Notes under the pieces: model-generated | Databases searched by the model: none | Seen by the model: only the letters and a program-made list of their open reading frames with translations | Told to the model about the DNA's origin: nothing | Part shown: one piece after another, positions 26,700-32,456 of the stretch | Layout of the letters: the number at the start of each line of letters is the position of its first letter | How positions within the stretch are numbered: position 1 is the first letter of the stretch | From: an uncultured delta proteobacterium | GTDB lineage: Bacteria > Desulfobacterota > Zymogenia > Zymogenales > Zymogenaceae | Length of the DNA: 32,456 nucleotides | Direction of reading: 5' to 3' | Assembly (NCBI GenBank): GCA_963792965.1 | Contig: CAWBYW010000021.1 | Coordinates: 1 to 32,456 of the forward strand | Translations under genes and position numbers: made by a program

Positions 26700-27351
26700 G
26701 GCCCCCCTCAAGATTGCCCTGCCCAAGGGCACCATGATGAGGCACGTGGCGGATCTTCTGGCGCGGGCACAGTTCGTCGTCCCCGGCTACCACGAGGGGT
26801 CCAGAACCTATCGGCTCGTCAGCGAATCTCCCCCGGGCCTATTCGTCAAGGTCTTCTCCCCCAAGGATATCCCGATCCAGGTGGCGGTGGGCAATTACGA
26901 TATCGGGATCACCGAATATCTCTGGGTGAGGGAATTGACCACGTCTTTCAAGAAGATCGCCATCGTAACCGTCATGGAGCTCCCCTTCGGAAGCGAGCGG
27001 CTCTTTGCGGCCGCCGCACCGGAGATGACGCCGGCCGAGATCCACGCCCGGGCGCGTCGTCACTCCGTCCGAATCGTCAGCGAATATCCGAACCTTGCCG
27101 AAGAGTTCGCCCGGTCGATGCGCTTTTTCCGCTACCGTGTCTTCCCGATCTGGGGACGGGCGTCCTCATATATACCGGATAGTGCGGAGATCGCCGTCGT
27201 GAAGGCGAAAAGCGAAGGAGATATCAGAAGACAGGGCCTTGCCCCCCTTGCCGTCATCGCCCGATCGGGCGCGGTCGTCATCGCCAACCGGGCGTCGTTT
27301 GAGACAAGGGACCTGAGCCGTGTCCTTTCACCCCTGAAGGAGGCCTCATGA
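26674..27351 (+). CDS. HisG-like protein (short form) with a degenerate PRPP-binding motif
   Basis: LKIALPKG, KDIPIQVAVGNYDIGIT and IVSEYPNLA are present, but the region for GxxE...D.I.D/E...TGxTL reads GRASSYIPDSAEIAVVKAKSEGDI. Confidence 0.75.
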   Translation: MSPTSSGAEAPLKIALPKGTMMRHVADLLARAQFVVPGYHEGSRTYRLVSESPPGLFVKVFSPKDIPIQVAVGNYDIGITEYLWVRELTTSFKKIAIVTVMELPFGSERLFAAAAPEMTPAEIHARARRHSVRIVSEYPNLAEEFARSMRFFRYRVFPIWGRASSYIPDSAEIAVVKAKSEGDIRRQGLAPLAVIARSGAVVIANRASFETRDLSRVLSPLKEAS

Positions 27352-28052
27352 TCAGGCTCGCGCTGCCCGACGGACACCAGCAAAAACACGTCATCGGGCT
27401 GCTTGCCAAGTCCGGCATCACCCTCTCAGGCTATGAGCCCGGCGCGATCCAAAAGGAGCCGCGTGCCAACGTCAAGGGTGTGCGCGTATCGGTGATCCGC
27501 CCCCAGGATATGCCCGGGCAGGTGGCCGTCGGCAACTTCGACCTTGCCCTTACGGGGGTAGACTGGCTGGTCGATCACCTCCGCCGCTTTCCCAAGAGCC
27601 CCGTCGCCGGACTCCTCGACCTCGGCATCGGGCGGGTCCGGATCGTGGCGGTGACCGGTGACGACGTCACGGCCGATGACGTGTCGGGGCTCCTCAGATC
27701 AATCAACGACGGCACGTTCGGACGCGCGCCTTTCCGGATCGCCTCGGAGTATGCCAACATCGCCGATCATTTTGCGATGCGCCACCGCATCGTCCGCTAT
27801 CGCGTGATCCCGACCTACGGGGCGACGGAGGCCTTGATTCCCGAGGACGCCGACCTGATCATCGAGAATACCGAGACAGGCACGACCCTTAAGAAAAACA
27901 GGCTCAAGATTATTGATGAACTCTTCGTTTCCGTGGGCTGCCTCATCGGCAGGCGGGGAATCCTCGAGGAGGGTAATAAGGCGGTCCGGACGATCATGAA
28001 CGAGCTCAGCGAAGTCCAGGGCGTTTCGCCGCACCGGGAAATAAAGTTTTAG
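27348..28052 (+). CDS. hisG: ATP phosphoribosyltransferase (short form)
   Basis: RLALPDG, IRPQDMP, DLALTGVDW, IASEY and GATEALIPEDADLIIENTETGTTLKKNRL. It has its own SD AAGGAGG and an ATGA overlap. Confidence 0.88.
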   Translation: MIRLALPDGHQQKHVIGLLAKSGITLSGYEPGAIQKEPRANVKGVRVSVIRPQDMPGQVAVGNFDLALTGVDWLVDHLRRFPKSPVAGLLDLGIGRVRIVAVTGDDVTADDVSGLLRSINDGTFGRAPFRIASEYANIADHFAMRHRIVRYRVIPTYGATEALIPEDADLIIENTETGTTLKKNRLKIIDELFVSVGCLIGRRGILEEGNKAVRTIMNELSEVQGVSPHREIKF

Positions 28053-28124
28053 AGTCAGTATACGCTTCCCGGCGCTCGCCGGCCTCTTGCCGCGAGGCGG
28101 GGGCAACAGTCTTCATAAATCATC

Positions 28125-28161
28125 GCGGGCTTCCTCGTCGGCCGGGGAAGCCCGCTTTGTT
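28125..28161. terminator. Terminator hairpin between convergent genes
   Basis: GCGGGCTTCCTCG-TCGGC-CGGGGAAGCCCGC followed by TTTGTT. Confidence 0.75.
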
Positions 28162-28183
28162 CTCTATGACATCGGCCCGTTTC

Positions 28184-28744
28184 CTATCCGGGGAACTTCG
28201 CTTCCAGCAGGCTTGCTCCCAACAGCCCGAGGAAAAAGCTGCAGATAAACGACACGGCATTCAGCACGATATAGGCCGTTAAAAAATCACCGTGCGAAAA
28301 GCCGGGCTGCACCGCGAGGAGCAGCATGACCGAGGAGAAAACGAAGAAGAGGACCCCGAGGATGATCTTCTTATTCAGGATGGGCGTCGTAACGCGCCTG
28401 AACCTGACTTTCCCGTCCAAAAGGCCGCTGAGGAAGGAAAGAATAATGACCAGCGGGCTAAAGACCGTCACGGTGATGAGGGTGGCAAACAGGTAAAGGC
28501 TGAAAGGTCCCCTGATAAACAGGCCCGCTATCGCAAGCACTAACGTGGAAAAACAAAACGCGATGGAAAAGTGAACGATAATGGGATGCATCTCCAGCTT
28601 CAATATCCTCCCTCTCTTTTCCGATACAGGGTCCGTATAGGGCTCCATCATCTTGGCCGACACCCCGCACGCGGGGCATACGTCTTTTACCTTCGATTGA
28701 TCGGTGATAAAACCGCACGACTTGCAGCGGACCAGCTGTGCCAT
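28184..28744 (-). CDS. Rubredoxin-like domain fused to a DUF2231-like four-helix membrane domain
   Basis: CKSCG...CPACG at the N-terminus, then HPIIVHFSIA and four hydrophobic segments. SD GGAGG. Confidence 0.78.
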   Translation of the reverse strand: MAQLVRCKSCGFITDQSKVKDVCPACGVSAKMMEPYTDPVSEKRGRILKLEMHPIIVHFSIAFCFSTLVLAIAGLFIRGPFSLYLFATLITVTVFSPLVIILSFLSGLLDGKVRFRRVTTPILNKKIILGVLFFVFSSVMLLLAVQPGFSHGDFLTAYIVLNAVSFICSFFLGLLGASLLEAKFPG

Positions 28745-28822
28745 CTATATACCTCCCTATATGGTTGATCCCGACTCTGTAATTATACACCGGGAAACCC
28801 GGTTTAAAACAGAAAATAGTCA

Positions 28823-28851
28823 TTGAAAATCGGCCGCCCATCAAATAGAAT
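28823..28851 (+). promoter_or_regulatory. Sigma70-type promoter of cydAB
   Basis: TTGAAA-17 nt-TAGAAT. SD AGGAGG before ATG 28879. Confidence 0.6.
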
Positions 28852-28878
28852 ATTATAAAATGGTTCAGGAGGTGTGCT

Positions 28879-30190
28879 ATGGACGCGACGTTGCTTGCAC
28901 GGATACAGTTCGCTTTCACGGTCGGCTTCCATTTCCTTTTCCCCGCGATGACCCTCGGCACCGGCCTCATCATCCTGATATCCGAATCGCTCTATGTGAC
29001 AAAGGGTGACGAAACATACAGAAAAATAACCGACTTCATGGCACGTCTCTTGGCCGCGGTTTTTGTGATGGGCGCGGCGACCGGCGTGGTCATGGAGTTT
29101 TCCTTCGGGACCAACTGGTCGGGCTACTCGAGGCTCGTGGGCGACGTCTTCGGACCCGTCCTTGCGGCGGAGGGGGTCATCGCCTTTTTCCTCGAATCGG
29201 TTTTCATCGGCGTCCTGGTGTTCGGCCGCAGCCGGGTTTCGAAAGGGACATACTGGCTTTCCGCGTTTCTTGTCTTCCTCGGCGGGCATCTTTCCGCCTT
29301 CTGGATTATCGTGGCCAACTCCTGGATGCAAACCCCCGCGGGGTACATGCTCACCCCCGATGGTAAGGTGGTTTTGACGAGCTTCCGCGAGGCGGTCTTT
29401 AATGCTTCCACGCTCCCGCGTTTCTCGCACACCGTAATGGCTTCCTGGGTAACGTGCAGCGTATACAGGCGCCGCCATCGCGGGATACTACTTGATTAAG
29501 AAAAGACACGTTCAGACCGCCAAGAGGCTGATGAAGATATCGATGATACTGTTTATCATCACCCCGCTCCTGCAGCTGGCGACGGGACACATCCACGCGC
29601 GTCAGGTGATAGCCACCCAGCCGTCGAAGGCCGCCTCCCTCGAGGGCCATTTCGATTCTGACATGGAAGGGGTGCCGCTCTATATCGGGGGGTGGGTCGA
29701 CGAAGAGAAGGGGGAAACCAGCGGCATCGGCATACCCGGATTTTTGAGCTTCCTGAACGACTGGAGCTTCAAATCGAAGATAACGGGGCTGAACGATATA
29801 CCGAGGGATGAGTGGCCGCCGCTGAATCTTGTCTTCCAGACCTACCATATCATGGTGGGTATCGGGATCGTACTGATCGGCGCGGGGCTCCTCGGTGGAT
29901 ACCTGCTATTGAGGGGAAAGCTCTACACGACCAGATGGTACCTTATACTGCTGCCGTTCTTGATCCCGCTGCCGCACATAGCCTACGAGACCGGCTGGAT
30001 GAGCGCGGAGATAGGCAGGCAGCCCTGGGTGGTATATGGAATCCTCAGGACCGCGGACGCGGCGTCGGTGGTGGTTTCCGCCGGCGAGGTCCTCTTTTCC
30101 CTGATCATGTTTTCACTGATATACCTGCTCCTCTTTACCGTCTTTATCTCCGTTGTCATCCGCCTCATCAGGACGGGGCCGGAGGACTAA
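28879..30190 (+). CDS. cydA: Cytochrome bd ubiquinol oxidase subunit I (short Q-loop), frameshift near 29465
   Basis: LARIQFAFTVGFHFLFP, MEFSFGTNW, AFFLES, ANSWMQTP, RFSH, QPSKAASLEG, HIMVGIG and GWMSAEIGRQPWVVYG. Confidence 0.94.
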
Positions 30191-30206
30191 AAGGGAGGCA
30201 AGAAAG

Positions 30207-31217
30207 ATGAACGACATAGAAACGTTCCAGAACTTATGGTTCGTACTCATAGGGATCTTGTTTACAGGCTATTCGCTCCTTGACGGATTTGACCTCGGGA
30301 TAGGCGCGCTGCTTCCTTTCCTCGGAAAGACAAAAGAGGAAAGAGATATTCTCATCAGCTCCATAGGCCCGGTGTGGGACGGAAACGAGGTGTGGCTCGT
30401 CACGGGCGGCGGCGCGCTCTTTGCCGCCTTTCCACAGGCATACGCCACGTCGTTTTCCGGGTTCTACCTCGCCTTCATGCTCGTGCTCTTTTGCCTGATC
30501 TTCAGGGCGGTCTCTTTTGAGTTTCGGGCGCACAGTAAAAAAAGACCCTGGTTCTGGGAACGAGCGCTGACGATCGGCAGCGGCCTTGCGGCCCTCTTGT
30601 TCGGCGTGGCGCTCGGTAACGTGGTCTTCGGCGTTCCGCTGGACGGCCGGATGGAATACGCGGGAACGTTCTTTACGTTGCTCAGACCGGTGCCCGTGAT
30701 TTTTGGCCTCATGGGGTTATCCGCGGTGCTGATGCAGGGATCGACATACACCATCATGAAAACCGAGGGTGAGCTGCAGAAGCGGGCTTTCAGGGCGGCG
30801 TCGGTGCTGATGGTTGTCGAGTCGGGCATGTTCGTCCTTTTTTGCGCGGCGCTGATCCTGACCGCGCCCGACAAGGCCCTCAGTCCGTTCTTCATCGGCG
30901 GCATTGCGCTCTTCGTGCTCGGGATCGCCGGGATACGGGCCTCCCTCAAAAAGATGAACGAGCGGGCGCCGTTCTGGGAATCGTCGGCGTCGTTCATCGG
31001 GCTTTGGCTTATGGTCGCCTCTTTTCACTTCCCGAATCTGATACGCGCCGTAAATGATCCGTCGATGAGCATCACGATACGAAACGGCTCGACGTCGCTA
31101 TTGACGCTGAAGCTCATGTCGGTGATCGCGCTTATCGGCATGCCGATCGTCATCGGCTACTCTCTTTTTGTCTACCGGGTTTTTAGGGGTAAGGCCGGTA
31201 AGGACGTCACCTACTGA
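30207..31217 (+). CDS. cydB: Cytochrome bd ubiquinol oxidase subunit II
   Basis: LDGFDLGIG, IGPVWDGNEVWLV, GGALFAAFP and RAVSFEFR. Confidence 0.95.
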   Translation: MNDIETFQNLWFVLIGILFTGYSLLDGFDLGIGALLPFLGKTKEERDILISSIGPVWDGNEVWLVTGGGALFAAFPQAYATSFSGFYLAFMLVLFCLIFRAVSFEFRAHSKKRPWFWERALTIGSGLAALLFGVALGNVVFGVPLDGRMEYAGTFFTLLRPVPVIFGLMGLSAVLMQGSTYTIMKTEGELQKRAFRAASVLMVVESGMFVLFCAALILTAPDKALSPFFIGGIALFVLGIAGIRASLKKMNERAPFWESSASFIGLWLMVASFHFPNLIRAVNDPSMSITIRNGSTSLLTLKLMSVIALIGMPIVIGYSLFVYRVFRGKAGKDVTY

Positions 31218-31513
31218 ATCCGCTCGCGCCCGGCACAGAGACTATGCGTCTCGCGCTCGTCGTCGGATCATGGGCTGCCATTAATAAGCCGGCCTTACGT
31301 GGATGCGCAGCAGGGAGTGAAAAAGGGGCGACACCGATTCGTTGTGACATAGAAGTGGGCGCGAAAAGGAGAACGGCAGGGCGCGAGATATTCGACATAG
31401 CCCCCGGCCAGTGCCATTCCTGCGTGCCCGTGCATGCCGAGGCGCTGCAGAGGCGTGGGGTGACGTAAACCTGAGTCTTGTCTGTCCCGCCGGTTCGGTC
31501 ATACGCTCCCTCT

Positions 31514-31984
31514 CTATCGGCCCTTCTCGGGAAAAGCGTCGTCCTTTCTCCCCTTCTTTTCCGACTCCCGGCAATTGACCACCGCCACGAAGCACCCGAG
31601 TGCGGTAAAGAGGATCACGTAGAGGAGGTCCTTGGGGTGGGCCCGAAACATGCCGACGAGATCCTGTAGCGGCCTCCCGATGGAGAGGTGGCCGGTGGCG
31701 GAAAAGAAAAGCCACATGTAGAAGAAGAGCTCGCCCAGGAAGACAATCAGAAGGGTAAGGTAGATCGACATCCAGATTCCCGTTCGATCGACTGTTCCCA
31801 TGCCCCGTCTCACGCGGGCCGAGGCAACCCACCCCGCCCCCACCGGCATCAGCATATTGTAGCCGTCGTTGAGGAATATATATGCCGCCCAGACGACGGC
31901 AGCGATTACCGCCCCGACAAGGTCGTAGAAAGCGCCCTTCCCGTGGTCGGCCAACGGGACCTGTGTCCCAACTTCGCCCACCAT
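31514..31984 (-). CDS. Hypothetical membrane protein
   Basis: A 156-aa ORF with several hydrophobic segments and SD GGAGG upstream. It follows the acyl-CoA synthetase on the same strand. Confidence 0.6.
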   Translation of the reverse strand: MVGEVGTQVPLADHGKGAFYDLVGAVIAAVVWAAYIFLNDGYNMLMPVGAGWVASARVRRGMGTVDRTGIWMSIYLTLLIVFLGELFFYMWLFFSATGHLSIGRPLQDLVGMFRAHPKDLLYVILFTALGCFVAVVNCRESEKKGRKDDAFPEKGR

Positions 31985-32073
31985 CTTTATGCCGATCCCT
32001 CCAGCCTATATTTCTTCCCTTCTTCGTCGATGCGGCCGGCGGGGCGCGTCTGCGCCCGCCGGCAAATCGTACC

Positions 32074-32456
32074 CTACTTCGGGGCCATCACCTTTCTGAG
32101 CTCCCGCTTCAGGATCTTACCGACGGCGCTCGTCGGGAGCGTGTCCATAAAATCGATGCGCTTGGGGACCTTGTAGGGGGCAACCTTCTCCTTCATGTAC
32201 GAGATGATCTTCTCCTTCTCGGAGTCGCTCTTGTCGATCCCTTGTTTGAGCACGATCGCCGTCGCCACGATCTCCGACCCGGGTTTGTTCGGGTCCGGGA
32301 GCCCGATTGTGGCGGCCATGTCGACGTCGGGGTGCTCCATGAGCGTGTCGTCAACGGTACGGGTGAAGACCTTGAATCCCGAGACGTTGACCATATCCTT
32401 GAGTCGGTCGACCACATAGAAATAGCCGTCTTCGTCCATGGTGCATACATCGCCGG
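32074..32456 (-). CDS. Long-chain acyl-CoA synthetase / AMP-binding enzyme, C-terminal part (runs off the window)
   Basis: GDVCTMDEDGYFYVVDRLKDMVNVSGFKV, APYKVPK and LPTSAVGKILKREL. Confidence 0.92.
   Translation of the reverse strand, partial: GDVCTMDEDGYFYVVDRLKDMVNVSGFKVFTRTVDDTLMEHPDVDMAATIGLPDPNKPGSEIVATAIVLKQGIDKSDSEKEKIISYMKEKVAPYKVPKRIDFMDTLPTSAVGKILKRELRKVMAPK

Noticed and set aside
1-32456. CRISPR arrays, transposases, phage or defence genes, programmed frameshifting
   Set aside because: No regularly spaced repeats or recognisable mobile or defence proteins were seen. The frameshifts are scattered through housekeeping genes and show no consistent slippery-site or stimulator pattern.

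Overview
A GC-rich bacterial window of ordinary anaerobic metabolism. Gene content suggests a Desulfobacterota/'deltaproteobacterium'-like organism, but this is inference. From left to right it holds an AT-rich foreign TPR-protein fragment joined abruptly (~380) to a truncated PEP carboxykinase, then two tandem homocysteine S-methyltransferases, sppA, 2-oxoacid:ferredoxin oxidoreductase beta+gamma subunits with an XRE-cupin regulator, an MBL hydrolase, a V4R protein, a nitrilase-family enzyme and hisS. Next come two near-identical RRM RNA-binding protein genes flanking a QueG-like Fe-S protein, a DUF47-PiT phosphate transporter pair, an ECF S-component, DUF488, a stand-alone aromatic-rich type IV pilin, an MFS transporter and an aldo/keto reductase. 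The right part has an aldehyde:ferredoxin oxidoreductase (AOR) with two MoaD/ThiS-like genes, an Fe-S protein, tRNA-His divergent from hisZ plus two HisG-like genes, a rubredoxin-membrane fusion, cydAB and the 3' end of an acyl-CoA synthetase. About a dozen genes, including essential hisS, carry single-base frameshifts that are most likely sequencing indels. The most interesting signals are non-coding. (1) A P3-less Moco/Tuco-type riboswitch sits before the AOR gene, and its P1 stem competes with an intrinsic terminator, predicting an ON switch. (2) A ~200-nt leader with compensatory base changes is conserved before both RRM genes and contains a terminator-like hairpin and an anti-SD. (3) A structured leader with a candidate pseudoknot precedes DUF47-PiT. 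Also notable are a HisG pair with one degenerate copy, a MoaD-like protein lacking the C-terminal GG, and a pilin meeting published 'e-pilin' aromatic criteria.
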